A stretch of DNA of 64,000 bases, from the NCBI RefSeq assembly GCF_018977255.1, contig NW_024704742.1, positions 133,364,001 to 133,428,000 on the forward strand, in the 5' to 3' direction. Below are positions 13,474 to 26,235 of the stretch, one piece after another (position 1 is the stretch's first letter; every line of letters starts with the position of its first letter). The notes under the pieces are model-generated. The model saw only the letters and a program-made list of their open reading frames with translations, was not told where the DNA came from and made no database searches. The DNA comes from Callorhinchus milii. Lineage: Eukaryota. The translations under genes were made by a program, and so were the position numbers.

Positions 13474-13500
13474 GCACACACACACACACACACACACACA
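13474..13500. repeat. (CA)n microsatellite
   Basis: Uninterrupted CA run. Confidence 0.9.
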
Positions 13501-13639
13501 ATTAATAGTGAAGAAAAGTATAACTTTCTACAAGACAAAAGTTGGTACAGTATAATAACAAACACAACACACAAGGACAAGGCTCTCTGTCTGAGTATCT
13601 GTCACAGGGATCCCTCAGGGGGTGGGACAGTAACCTGAG

Positions 13640-15502
13640 GCTCTCTCCCTCCTTCTTGGCTTCTTGTCCTAACCTTTTCCCCCCTTTCTCTCTCTCTCTC
13701 TCCCCCTTTTCCTTCTTGGCTTCTTGTCCTAACCTTTCCCCCCCCCTCCCACCCCCCATTCGTTCCCTGCCCCCCCTTCCCATCCCCCTCCTCCTCCCCA
13801 TTCCCCTTTCTCTCTCACCATCCCTTCCTCCTCCCCATCCCCCTTTCTCTCACCCCCCCTCCCCATCCCCCCTTTCTCTCACCCCCCCTTCCCATCCCCC
13901 CCTCCTCCATCCCATTCCCCTTTTCTCTCTCCCCCCTTTTCTCTCTCCCCATTGTCCCCCCTTTTTTTTTCCTTCCCCCCTCCTCTCTGTCTTCCCTCTT
14001 ACTATTTCGTTCTTTCTCTCCCTCTCTCCCGCAATTCTCTCTCTCTCTCTCTCTCCTTCGCTTTCTTTCCTTCCCTCACTCTCACTCTCTCTTTCTCTAC
14101 GTCTCTTTCGCTCTATCTTTCCCTTTCTTCCCACCTCTCCCCCCACCCCTCTCTCTCTCCCCCCCACCCCTCTCTCTCTCCCCCCACCCTCTCTCTCTCC
14201 CCCCACCCCTCTCTCTCCTCACCCCTCTCTCTCTCCCCCCCACCCCCTCTCTCCCCCACCCCTCTCTCTCTCCCCCCACCCCTCTCTCTCTCCCCCCACC
14301 CCTCTCTCTCTCCCCCCACCCCTCTCTCTCCCCCCACCCCTCTCTCCCCCCACCCCTCTCTCTCTCCCCACCCTCTCTTTCCCCCCACCTCTCTCTCTCT
14401 CTTTCCCCCACCTCTCTCTTTCTTTCCTCCCCACCTCTCTCTCTTTCCCCCCCCCACCTCTCCTCTCTTCCCCCCTCACCTCTCTCTCTCTCTTCCCCCC
14501 CCCCCCCCACCTCTCCTCTCTTTCCCCCCCACCTCTCTCTCTCTTTCCCCCCACCTCTCTCTCTCTTCCTCCCCACCTCTCTCTCTTGCCCCCCCCCCAA
14601 CCTCTCTCTCTCTTCCCCCCTCACCTCTCCCTCTCTTCCCCCCCCCACCTCTCTCTCTTTCCCCCCCACCTCTCTCCCCCTCCCTACCTCTTCCCCCCAC
14701 CTCTTTCCCTTTCTCTCCCCCCACTACCTTACCTCTCTCCCCCTCTCTTTCCCCCCTCTCTCTTCTACTCTCTTCCTTTACCTCTTTCCCCTCTTTCTCT
14801 ACCTCTCTCTCTTCCCCTACCTTCACCCCCCACTTCCTCCTCTACCTCTTTCCCCCTCTTTCTCCTCTACCTCTCCCCCCTTCCTCATCTACCTCTCTTT
14901 CCCCCTCTTTCTCCTCTACCTCTCCCCCCCTTTCTCCTCTACCTCTTTCTTCCTTCTTTCTCTCTCTCCACTACCTCTCCTTCCCCCTCTTTCTCCTCTA
15001 CCTCTTTCTTCCTTCTTTCTCTCTCTCCACTACCTCTACCCCCTTCCTCATCTACCTCTCTTTCCCCCTCTTTCTCCTCTACCTCTCCCCCCTCTACCTC
15101 TCCCCCCTTCCTCCTCTACCTCTCTTTCCCCCTCTTTCTCCTCTACCTCTCTTTCCCCCTCTTTCTCCTCTACCTCTCCCCTCTCTACCTCTCCCCACTT
15201 CCTCCTCTACCTCTCTTTCCCCCACTTCCTCCTCTACCTCTTTCCCCCTCTTCCTCCTCTACCTCTCTTTCCCCCCCTTCCTCCTCTACCTCTCTTTCCC
15301 CCTCTTTCTCCTCTACCTCTCTTTCCCCCCCTTCCTCCTCTACCTCTCTTTCCCCCTCTTCCTCCTCTACCTCTCTTTCCCCCCCTTTCTCCTCTACCTC
15401 TCTTTCTTCCTCTTTCTCTCTATCCCTCCACTACCTCTCCTTCCCCCCCAACCCCCTCTCTCTCTCTCTCTCTCTCTACCTCTCTTTTCTCCCCCCCTCT
15501 TC
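13640..15502. repeat. ~1.85-kb polypyrimidine/polypurine tract in RAI14 intron 1
   Basis: The + strand is C/T-dominated with very few G. Sub-arrays of ~20-nt cccccacccctctctctctc and ~27-nt ttcctcctctacctctctttccccc units. Confidence 0.97.
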
Positions 15503-15873
15503 CAACGTGATACCCCTCACTCAGCACCAACAGATCGGGTAAGTTTCCCCTCTGTGACAAACAATAAACCCATTCATTCACTCTCTCAGACACTTCCAGT
15601 CCCCACGTTCATCCCAAACCGCAAACTCCATTGGTTTCGATGCCAAAAAAAAAAGAGAGAAACAAAACTTTGGTCCTTTTTTTTTCTCTCTCTCTCTCTC
15701 CCCCTTTTTCTTTGAAAAAAAAGTGTCTCACGTTAAAAAAAAACCAATTAAACTCCTTCCCCGACTCTCTCATCTCTCTCTCTCTCTCTCTCTCTCTTTC
15801 CGGCTCTCTTTCGTTGTCTACACATCGCAAAATGATTGCACAGAAAGTTTCGTTCGAGGCAGTGGGGACTCAC

Positions 15874-15955
15874 CCGCAGAGCAGAGCAGAGCCGAGAGTG
15901 TGTGTGCGTTTTGCTGAGTGAGTGCGTGAGTGAGTGGAGTGAGTGACTGAGAGCG
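15874..15955 (-). other. RAI14: Probable non-coding exon 1 of RAI14 (5' end approximate)
   Basis: Consensus donor ctgcgg|GTGAGT (15873-15868) in CpG-rich unique sequence. Tandem Inr-like TCAGTC/TCACTC motifs at ~15953-15913. Lies 2.9 kb upstream of exon 2 on the same strand. Confidence 0.65.
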
Positions 15956-16035
15956 GAGTCCGCACCTCTCACACCGCTATTGTCACTGGAGCGCACTCTC
16001 GTCATCCGCAAACCGCGCACACCCCCAGTCCCTGA
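15913..16035 (-). promoter_or_regulatory. Putative TATA-less, CpG-rich RAI14 core promoter with a CRE half-site (TGACG, 16004-16000) and Inr-like repeats
   Basis: Local CpG enrichment (gtgcgcggtttgcggatgacgagagtgcgc) directly upstream of the donor-bearing exon. Confidence 0.55.
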
Positions 16036-16036
16036 T

Positions 16037-19000
16037 CTGTGTAACAGCCCCTGTGTACTGCCCTGTGTACTGCCCTGTGTAATGCCCCGTGTAACAGCCC
16101 TGTGTAATGCCCGTGTAACAGCCCCTGTGTACTGCCCTGTGTAATGCCCCGTGTAACAGCCCTGTGTAACAGCCCCTGTGTACTGCCCTGTGTAATGCCC
16201 TGTGTAACAGCCCTGTGTAACAGCCCCTGTGTAACAGCCCTGTGTAACAGCCCTGTGTAATGCTCTGTGTAACAGCCCCGTGTAATGCCCTGTGTAACAG
16301 CCCCGTGTAATGCCCTGTGTAACAGCCCCGTGTAATGCCCTGTGTAACAGCCCCGTGTAATGCCCTGTGTAACAGCCCCGTGTAATGCCCTGTGTAACAG
16401 CCCCGTGTAATGCACTGTGTAATGCTCTGTGTAACAGCCCCTGTGTAACAGCCCTGTGTAATGCCCCGTGTAACAGCCCCGTGTAATGCCCCGTGTAACA
16501 GCCCCGTGTAATGCCCCGTGTAACAGCCCTGTGTAATGCCCCGTGTAACAGCCCCGTGTAATACCCCGTGTAACAGCCCCTGTGTACTGCCCTGTGTAAT
16601 GCTCTGTGTAACAGCCCTGTGTAACAGCCCTGTGTAACAGCCCTGTGTAACAGCCCTGTGTAACAGCCCTGTGTAATGCCCCGTGTAACAGCCCTGTGTA
16701 ATGCCCTGTGTAACAGCCCTGTGTAATGCCCTGTGTAACAGCCCTGTGTAATGCTCTGTGTAACAGCCCCGTGTAATGCTCTGTGTAACAGCCCTGTGTA
16801 ATGCCCTGTGTAACAGCCCCGTGTAATGCTCTGTGTAACAGCCCGGTGTAATGTCCTGTGTAACAGCCCTGTGTAATGCCCTGTGTAACAGCCGTGTGTA
16901 ATGCCCCGTGTAACAGCCCTGTGTAATGCCCCGTGTACAGCCCTGTGTAATGCCCTGTGTAACAGCCCTGTGTAATGCCCTGTGTAACAGCCCTGTGTAA
17001 TGATCTGTATAACAGCCCTGTGTAATGCTCTGTGAAATGCTCTGTGTAACAGCCCTGTGTAATGCCCCGTGTAACAGCCCTGTGTAATGCCCTGTGTAAC
17101 AGCCCTGTGTAAAAGCCCTGTGTAATGCCCTGTGTAACAGCCCTGTGTAATGCCCTGTGTAATGCCCCATGTAACAGCCCTGTGTAACAGCCCTGTGTAA
17201 TGCCCCGTGTAACAGCCCTGTGTAATGCCCCGTGTAACAGCCCTGTGTAATGCCCCGTGAAATGCTCTGTGTAACAGCCCTGTGTAATGCTCTGTGTAAT
17301 GCTCTGTGTAACAGCCCTGTGTAATGCCCTGTGTAACAGCCCTGTGTAATGCTCTGTGTAACAGCCCCGTGTAATGCTCTGTGTAACAGCCCTGTGTAAT
17401 GCCCTGTGTAACAGCCCTGTGTAATGCTCTGTGTAACAGCCCGGTGTAATGTCCTGTGTAACAGCCCTGTGTCATGCTCTGTGTAACAGCCCTGTGTAAT
17501 GTCCTGTGTAACAGCCCTGTGTAATGCCCTGTGTAACAGCCCCTGTGTAATGCCCCGTGTAACACCCCCGTGTAATGCCCCGTGTAACAGCCCCGTGTAA
17601 TGCCCCGTGTAACAGCCCCTGTGTAATGCCCCGTGTAACAGCCCTGTGTAATGCCCCGTGTAACAGCCCTGTGTAATGTCCCGGGTAACAGCCCTGTGTA
17701 ATGCCCCGTGTAACAGCCCTGTGTAATGCCCTGTGCAACAGCCTGTGTAACAGCCCTGTGTAATGCCCTGTGTAACAGCCCTGTGTAATGCCCTGTGTAA
17801 CAGCCCTGTGTAACAGCCCTGTGTAATGCCCCGTGTAACAGCCCTGTGTAATGCCCCGTGTAACAGCCCTGTGTAATGCCCCATGTAACAGCCCTGTGTA
17901 ATGCCCTGTGTAACAGCCCCGTCTAATACCCCATGTAACAGCTCTGTGTAATGCCCTGTGTAATACACTGTGTATTGCCCTGTGTAACAGCCCGTCTAAT
18001 ACTCTGTGTAACAGCCCTGTGTAACAGTGCCATGTTTAACAGCTCTGTCTGGTACCCTGTGTAATACTCTGTGTAACAGCCCTGTGTAATGCCCCGTGTA
18101 CAGCCCTGTGTAATGCCCTGTGTAACAGCCCTGTGTAATGCTCTGTGTAATGCTCTGTGTAACAGCCCTGTGCAATGATCTATGTAACAGCCCTGTGTAA
18201 TGCCCCGTGTAACAGCCCTGTGTAATGCCCCGTGTAACAGCCCTGTGTAATGCCCCGTGTAACAGCCCCGTGTAATGCCCCGTGTAACAGCCCCGTGTAA
18301 TGCCCCGTGTAACAGCCCTGTGTAATGCCCCGTGTAACAGCTCTGTGTAATGCCCTGTGCAAAAGCCTGTGTAACAGCCCTGTGTAATGCCCTGTGTAAC
18401 AGTCCTGTGTAATGCCCTGTGTAACAGCCCTGTCTAATACCCCATGTAACAGCTCTGTGTAATACTCTGTGTAACAGCCCTGTGTAATACCCTGTGTAAC
18501 AGCCCTGTGTAATAGCCCGTCTAATACTCTGTGTAACAGCCCTGTGTAACAGTGCCATGTTTAACAGCTCTGTCTGGTACCCTGTGTAATACTCTGTGTA
18601 ACAGCCCTGTGTAATGCCCTGTGTAACAGCCCTGTGTAACAGCCCTGTGTAATGCCTCGTGTAACAGCCCTGTGTAATACCCCATGTAACAGCCCTGTGT
18701 AATGCCCCATGTAACAGCCCTGTGTAAAGCCCCGTGTAAGAGCCCTGTGTAATGCCCTGTGTAACAGCCCTGTGTAACAGCCCTGTGTAACAGCCTTGTG
18801 TAATGATCTGTGTAACAGCCCTGTGTAATGCTCTGTGTAATGCTCTGTGTAACAACCCTGTGTAATGCCCTGTGTAACAGCCCTGTGTAATGCCCTGTGT
18901 AATGATCTGTGTAACAGCCCTGTGTAATGCTCTGTGAAATGCTCTGTGTAACAGCCCTGTGTAATGCTCTGTGTAATGCTCTGTGTAACAGCCCTGTGCA

Positions 19001-19930
19001 ATGATCTATGTAACAGCCCTGTGTAATGCTCTGTGTAACAGCCCTGTGTAATGCCCCGTGTAACAGCCCTGTGTAATGCCCCGTGTAACAGCCCTGTGTA
19101 ATGCCCCGTGTAACAGCCCCGTGTAATGCCCTGTGTAACAGCCCCGTGTAATGCCCCGGGTAACAGCCCCGTGTAATGCCCCGTGTAACAGCCCTGTGTA
19201 ATGCCCCGTGTAACAGCCCCTGTGTAATGCCCCGTGTAACAGCTCTGTGTAATGCCCCGTGTAACAGCCCTGTGTATTGCCCTGTGTAACAGCCCGTCTA
19301 ATACTCTGTGTGACAGCCCTGTGTAACAGTGCCATGTTTAACAGCTCTGTCTGGTACCCTGTGTAATACTCTGTGTAACACTCCTGTGTAATAGTGCCAT
19401 GTGTAACACCCATGTGTAATGCCCTGTGTAACAGCCCTGTGTAATACTCTGTGTAACAGCCCTGACTAATACCCCGTGTAACAGCCCTGTGTAATACCCT
19501 GTGTAACAGCCCTGTCTAACACCCTGTGTAACAGCCCTGTCTAATACTCTGTGTAACAGCCCTGTCTAATGCCCCGTGTAACAGCCCTGTGTAATACTCT
19601 GTGTAACAGCCCTGTGTCTAATACCCTGTGTAACAGTACCATGTGTAATAGACCTGTCTAATACTCTGTGTAACAGCCCTGACTAATACCCCGTGTAACA
19701 GCCCTGTGTAATACCCTGTGTAACAGCCCTGTGTAATAGTGCCATGTGTAACATCCCTGTCTAATACCCTGTGTAACAGCCCTGTGTAACAGTGCCTTAT
19801 GTAACAGTGCCCTGTGTAACAGTGCCCTGTGTAACAGTGCCCTGTGTAACAGTGCCCTGTGTTTAATACCCTGTGTAACAGCCCTGTCTCTAATATCCTG
19901 GGCAACAGCCCTGTTTAACACCTCTGTATC
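16037..19930. repeat. ~3.9-kb minisatellite of interspersed 13-nt CTGTGTAACAGCC and 12-nt CTGTGTAATGCC units
   Basis: Hundreds of tandem units, often alternating as a 25-nt dimer; degenerates toward ~19900. Confidence 0.98.
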
Positions 19931-20804
19931 CAAATATCCCTGTCTGTAAATACCTCTGCCTGCAATTAACCCTTGCCTGCAAATACCCATCTCAAATACC
20001 CCTGTGCGTCCCAAAATTCTGGAACATTCTCCCTCAATCCTTTTCCGTCTTGCACCCCTCCTTCCCCATCTTCGGCTCGCGCCTGGAGACCTTCCTCCAC
20101 GACCGCACCTACATTCACCTCCCGCCTCCCCCAGGCTCACTGTGGTGCTCCGCCACTGTCTCTGGCACTCTGCGTGATGGGAGCTATATCAATGCAATAT
20201 CGCTGTTGCCTGCAAATCCCCTGTGTAACACCCCTGTCGGCAAATATATATGCTGTCAGTATGCTGTAGTGCTGTATACCACCTCTTATAGTGCCATAAC
20301 TACTCAGGAGTGACCTGCGTTGTCATGATAAGATGTTATATTATATCTAAGAATATTGCTGTGATACAATATTAGATTATTTAACAAAGCAGCACCACTT
20401 GTCCTAATTCAAGGCCAGTCTAACCTGGAGGTATAGACATATCCCCTAGCCCAAAGCCCTATAAGTTAGAGTGTTCCTAGCTGGGCAATGTACCACGTTG
20501 TACATTTATTATTTTTGTTTAACTCTTCTCCCAAACCCCCACTCTAAAAAAAAAATGACCACCAGCGAATTCTTGAAGTGTACGCCGGGCGGAAATCTGG
20601 ATTCAGTAAACATTTGGTTGGAGTCGTGGATATACAGTGCATATTTTTGCACAATCACAAAATCTGCTAATTTTGGTCAATTACCCGAGGTGGAGCCTGT
20701 TTAGTTTGGAGCTGAGCTGATCTGCTGAGACTGAGGCGTCTCACCAAGACCGGAATCTCCTGCAAATTAAACGTCTTCCAAAAATCTTACCATCTGCAAT
20801 GTTT

Positions 20805-21255
20805 CTTTTTATTGGCTTTTCGTGTTTTTTGTTCTCTTTGGTCAACTGGATGTATGACACACAAACCTGCAGAAACCTGTCACCGTGCTTCAGAGTATCC
20901 AACAACAACAAAATTACATTTGTATAGCGCCTTTCACATCGGGAGGACGTCTCAAAGCTCTTCACAGGGTTGACTAGAAAGTGTGGTGACTGTATTTTGT
21001 TGGCAAACCTGCACACGCCAATGTCCCAAAGACAGCCATGAAGTGAATCCAAAGGATGGTACCCCAATAATGTAGCCCTCAATCCAAACCAGATGCATGC
21101 CACCTACTCATGGTAATTTCCTCATGTCTAGAATGGAATGTGCACTCTCTCTCCCCGGAACGACGCACCCTGCTTACCTAATTCCGGAGAGGACTAGGTA
21201 TAGGTAGGCGAGTGCCAAGACTGTGGAACCACTTGTGCGTTGGGGGTAACTGTTG
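20805..21255. repeat. Family C repeat interrupted by an internally deleted SINE-B fragment (~20900-21082)
   Basis: The family C sequence breaks at tccaa and resumes at tccaaaccag. Confidence 0.75.
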
Positions 21256-21329
21256 TATTTCACCCAATGTTCACATTTCAGGAATGTTCAAAGATTTTGA
21301 CTCGGGAAGAAGGCAACCATTCACTCTAT

Positions 21330-21632
21330 CGTGAGTAGTGATTAGTGCGTTTGCCTCGCAAGCTATTTCCGGACAGGACAAAAACCATAGACAAGTTTCC
21401 TTACTCCACACACCTCTGTTTACCAAGCAGTAAGTAGGAACCCAGTTGATAGTCGATTGGCCGATCGCTTTCCAGGGGTAATAATTCCTCTCCCCAAAAA
21501 GTAGCCGCTGTGTTTTGCCCACAAAATACAGGTTAATCCACTTTACTCTGTTTACTCATATTCTGTGAAGCACTTTGGGATGTCTCAATGAAATTATAAG
21601 GTGCTATATCAAATGGAAGGATTATTATTATT
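21330..21632 (+). mobile_element. SINE family A, decayed
   Basis: caagtttccttactccacacacctctgtttaccaagcagtaagtaggaaccc and the family tail. Confidence 0.8.
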
Positions 21633-22139
21633 GTTTATCAACAAGATATATAGTCGCTACACTTTACAGTAAATTCTGTGAAGTGACCTCCTCCCGATAT
21701 GAAAGGTATTGCAACAAATGCAAAGATTATTATTGCAGTATTTTTTAAAACACACCTAAGAACCCATCTCTTTGACTGCACCTTCGGTCATCTCCCTCCT
21801 ACCCTGTATCTCTCACCCTGTTGAGCTCTTATTCCATCTCTAAAATACAACAAGATCTTTAACTATGTGAAAGGCTCTGTATGAGTGCAAAACTCTTCTT
21901 GTTGTTGTTGTGTACTGTCAACTTGGGGCTCATTGCAACTTTGCGGTCACAGACTCAGCAGTGGGTAAGAATGTTTACACAAAAAAAATTGGAGGAAAAC
22001 AATGTTAAAGCTGGAAGAGCAGAGGAAACAGGAACAGATTTGCACAAGCTCAGACACGATGGGCTGACTGGTCTCCTGTGTTCTGTAACTTTTCTATGAT
22101 TAATAGAATGGTTCATATAATTCCATAATTAATGAAGAT

Positions 22140-22480
22140 GATCCCCAGTGTTAGAGCTGCGAGCAATGATTAGACAAGCTAGGGCTCTTCAATCTTGAAA
22201 TAAGATGTCTCAGAGAGGATTTTATAGGTGTGTATAAAACTTTAAAAGAAATTGCAAAGGAAAACCCACAGAAATAATCTTGGCTGCACCAAGACACTAG
22301 AGCAAGAGGATACAGGTTTAGAATTGCAAAGGGCAAATTTAAAAAAGACACGAGTAATTTATGATGTGACTCATTTAAAAAGCAGTTTGACGCTGCGATG
22401 GGAGAAAACGATAGAGCGGGTATTCTGGTAGGATGAGATCAGTTGATTCGAAGGGCCTTCTGATTCAAAGGATATTTTGT
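22140..22480 (+). mobile_element. CR1 LINE 3' fragment
   Basis: agacaagctagggctcttcaatcttgaaa...agaggattttataggtgtgtataaa encodes an LDKLGLFNLE..R.D.IGVYK-like CR1 ORF2 C-terminus. Confidence 0.7.
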
Positions 22481-23167
22481 GATACCAAGTGAAATTCATG
22501 TACAATATTCCAAATGGTTCAAAGACTCACCAACACTCACTTTCAGGAGGAAAACAAACTGGAATTAAAAACAGGAGAAAATTGATTTTCATTCTATTTT
22601 CTCAAATTGATTTGATTTTACCAGATTTGCTTCATGAAGAACAATCTATCTTTGGCGAGATACATGAAAGGTTGTCACTTGAGAAATTCATCAGATTACA
22701 GAATTGTTCAGCACATAAGGAGGCCATTCGGCACATTGGGCCCACACAGGCTCTCCGAAAGAGCTTTCCGTTTAGTCCCACTGCCCTGTCCTGTCTTTTC
22801 CCCTGTTCCCCACGACCTTTTACATTTTCCTTTTCAAACATCCGCACGCAAATTCCCTTTTAGAATCTATCGTAGATTCTGCTTTGAACCATTATTTTTT
22901 GGCAGGGCATTCCGTGTCCTCTGTATGTGCACATGTGCAAAATTCTCTTAATCTTTCCTGTATGTTCTTGTTTGGTTATGAACGTAATTACACTCCGTCG
23001 TGAGTCATCACCTTCAGGAACGGAGGGAAGAATACTGGCAAAGAAATGGTGGGATGTTTATGACAAATTGATGAGGTTTCAACTGACTCCACTTCGAGTC
23101 TCTGGCTTAGATACTTCCTGAGTGTTCATATTTTGTGACCGTACAAGAACACATTCTCGTAAGAGGC

Positions 23168-23990
23168 ATCAGCTTTGCTCAGTTGGTAAGACTCTCGCCT
23201 CTAAAAGTTGTGAGTTCAAGCCCCACATCAGGACGTTGAGCTTGTAGTCTGCTTTCCAGTGCAGTGTTGGGAGAGCACTGCATGGTTGGAGATGCCAACC
23301 TTCTGATGAGATATTAAAACCAAGGTCTTGAATGTGTCTGTTCAGGTGGACATTAAAGATCCCATGGCACAATTCGAAAAGGGCGTTTCTCCTGGAATCC
23401 TGGACAACATTTCCCCAGACAGAATTGATCACTTCACTTTACTTCATTGATGAGATATTGCTCTGAGCAGATTGGCTATAGAGTTCACCCACAAAATATA
23501 ATAATAATTGTTGCATTTGATATAGTGTCTTATCACATTATCAAGATATCTCAAAGTGCTTCACACGATATATTGTAAAGCGTAGTAACCGTGTGTATTT
23601 TGTGAGTGAATGCAGCAGCCAATTTGCAGACAGCAATGTCCCATGGAGTGAGTGACTGATTTTATTTGGAGAATTGTTGGCCAGCACACTGGGAGAAACT
23701 CCCTTCTCTTGTCCAATAGTGTCATGGGATCGTTAATATCCACCAAGACAAGGAAACAGGACCTCAGTTTAATGTCTGATCTGAAGGAATGCACCTCCTA
23801 CAATGCTGGACTCCCCAACAGTGGAGTATCAGCCTAGACTATATGGGTTCCAAGTACTGACATGGGACTTGAATCCATATAGTCTCAGCTGACACTGCAC
23901 TGCTGGGGAGCCTGGCATTGAACCCACACTCAACCCAACCTTCTCACTCAGATGCGAGAGTGGTACCAACTGAGCCAGGCTGACACTAGA
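23168..23990. mobile_element. Convergent pair of Deu-domain SINEs (+ 23168-23500, - 23500-23990)
   Basis: Two family B copies in opposite orientation meet at their tails. Confidence 0.82.
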
Positions 23991-24737
23991 ATACACACAG
24001 TCACTACACTTTACAGTAAGCGCTGAAGCACTTCAAAACATCCACCCGATGTGAAAGGCACCATATCAAGTGAAAGAATTATCATTGTTGTTATTTGGAT
24101 TATGTTGTCTGTTTAATTTCACTTGTTGGCACTCTTTTTGAGCCCAGACCGATAACGTGAAATAGAAAAACCAGAGTGATTCTTCAATTGTGGTTACGTT
24201 TACTGACCTTGGGTGCTGGTTGCTTACAAAACAACCTTCCCATTTATAAGTATTGCATTCTCAAGGTCAAGATATTTTCCAGGGAATGGAGAATGAGCCA
24301 TGTTTGCTGATCAAGGTCAGTGAATTTAAACAATCAAAAAATCGATCCCAATATTCCTGAACCAATGTTCAATTGGCTGTCACATTTTGTACATGAAATA
24401 TAGTCAATTCTCTTTACAATATATTCTGTGAAGCACTTTGAGACTCTCGACAACACCTCTACTTATTCCTATATTATTATATAACTTCATCCAAAAGTTC
24501 CTCTGCAGGAATCCCCCAAATAAAAATGACCTTTCACTTCATGGTTTATGGGACATTGCTGTGCAAATTGATTGTCATGTTTCATCTATAAAATAATCGC
24601 TGCACTTTACAGGATATTCTGAGATGTCCTCCCAACATGAAAGGCCCCTGTATGAAATGTAAGGATTATTATTATTATAGTATCATGGGACTCACTCGTA
24701 CAACAGGGCTTGGTTTAATATCTCATCTGACAAAGCA

Positions 24738-25000
24738 CTATATGGTTTTAGCGGTTAACTCCAGCAGTTACCCCAACTCACACTCTAGGGTTGCCAAGCC
24801 TTGTCTCTCACCAACCTGCTCCTGGTACTCTCTGGGATTGGATAAGCAGAGTGCATCCCTTTGGGAGAGAGTGCATATTCCATTCCGGACATGGACATTT
24901 CCATGCATAGGTAGCATGCGTGGAACTCTCAGTCTGGTTTGGATATTCATAAGCATGGCGATGGGCTTCCACAGGTATCAAACACACCAAAACACAAAGT
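24738..25000. repeat. Family C repeat (opposite orientation to 5355) nested in a SINE-B
   Basis: ctatatggttttagcggttaactccagcagttacccc...cattccattcc...ggtttggata, with SINE-B sequence on both flanks. Confidence 0.8.
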
Positions 25001-25809
25001 GCTTGACAGAGGTGTCAGCCTAGATTGTGAGATCAAGTCCCAATAGGTGTCTTAAACCTACAATGTCTGAGCTGAGGCAAGAGTGCTACCATCGATCCAC
25101 GACTGTTTGTGGGACACTGCTGTGTACAATTGGTTGCCGTTTCGCCCACAAAATATACAATCAATTCACTTCACAGTATATTGTGTGAAGCACTTTAAGA
25201 CATCTCGAAGACGTGATAAGGTGCTATATCAAATGCACATATTATTATTATCATTTATTATTATTGTCAAGCTCACACCAGGCAGTGAATGCCATTAGGC
25301 ATGAATATATATATATATATAAAACAGCTGGCAAATAAGTCAAATGTAAGAAAGAAACATGCTCAAAATACTAAAGTCTTTTCAAAGCATGTGGAAGCAC
25401 TCATTTGTTAAAATTCAAACAGTGCCCCCTCTAGGATATTTCTAACCATCATATAATTCCTGCTGAAAACTCCCTCCTGTTAAATGATGTACATTTATTA
25501 TTATTTGATAAATCTGTGTATTTTATATCGTGCCTCATCATGTTGTAGAGACGTCTCAAAGTGCTTCACAGGATTTTATTTTTGAAGAATAGTATTCGAT
25601 TCAACATTCCTGGAATTGCACCTTGGAACCAGGTCGAACCAAAGACCCTCCTTACCTCACTCAGTGGCTAGCAGGTACCAAGCGTCAGCACTCCAATGCT
25701 GAGCAGCACAGCTGACTCAAAGTCAAGAGTGCTACAGATTTAGCCAGGTTGACACCTACGAGCATAAGAGACACTGATTTTAAAAAGGTATTAGGCAAAC
25801 ATTCTCGTC

Positions 25810-26235
25810 TCTGACTCAGGTGGTTGTGAGTTCAAGCCCCATGTCAGGATTTGGAATCACGCAGTCTCGGCTGATGCTCCAATTGCAGTGCTGGGGGATT
25901 ATTGCAATGCCAGAGGTGCCATCCTTCGGCAATGAGACATTAAACCGATGTCCCATCTGCCTGTTCAGGTGGATGTTAAAGATCCCATGACACAATTCGA
26001 AAAGAGAAGGGGGTTTCTCCCGGTATCCTGGCCACATTCCTCCAAATAAAAAAAATGATCATTTACTCCATGATGTTTGGGGGACTCTGCTGTGCACAAC
26101 TGGCTACCGCTTTTCACCCATAGAATATACAGTCAAACCAATTTACAGTATATCCTGTAAAGCACTTTGAGATGTCTCGATGACTTGATAAGGCATTATA
26201 TCAAATGCAAGGTTATGATCATTATTATTGTTATT
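25810..26235 (+). mobile_element. Deu-domain SINE (family B), near full-length
   Basis: gaggtgccatccttcggcaatgagacattaaaccgatgtcccatctgcctgttcaggtggatgttaaagatccc. Confidence 0.88.

Noticed and set aside
13542..15715. 666-aa and 587-aa Pro/Ser/Leu-rich ORFs and the opposite-strand Gly/Glu/Arg ORFs
   Set aside because: Artefacts of the C/T tract, which rarely forms stop codons; they lie in RAI14 intron 1.
15748..19905. 605-aa, 661-aa and other GCYTGHYTGLLHRA repeat ORFs
   Set aside because: Translations of the minisatellite. The same peptides cycle through all frames, so there is no sign of coding constraint.
16037..19930. CRISPR-like array
   Set aside because: No unique spacers, no cas genes, and the context is eukaryotic.
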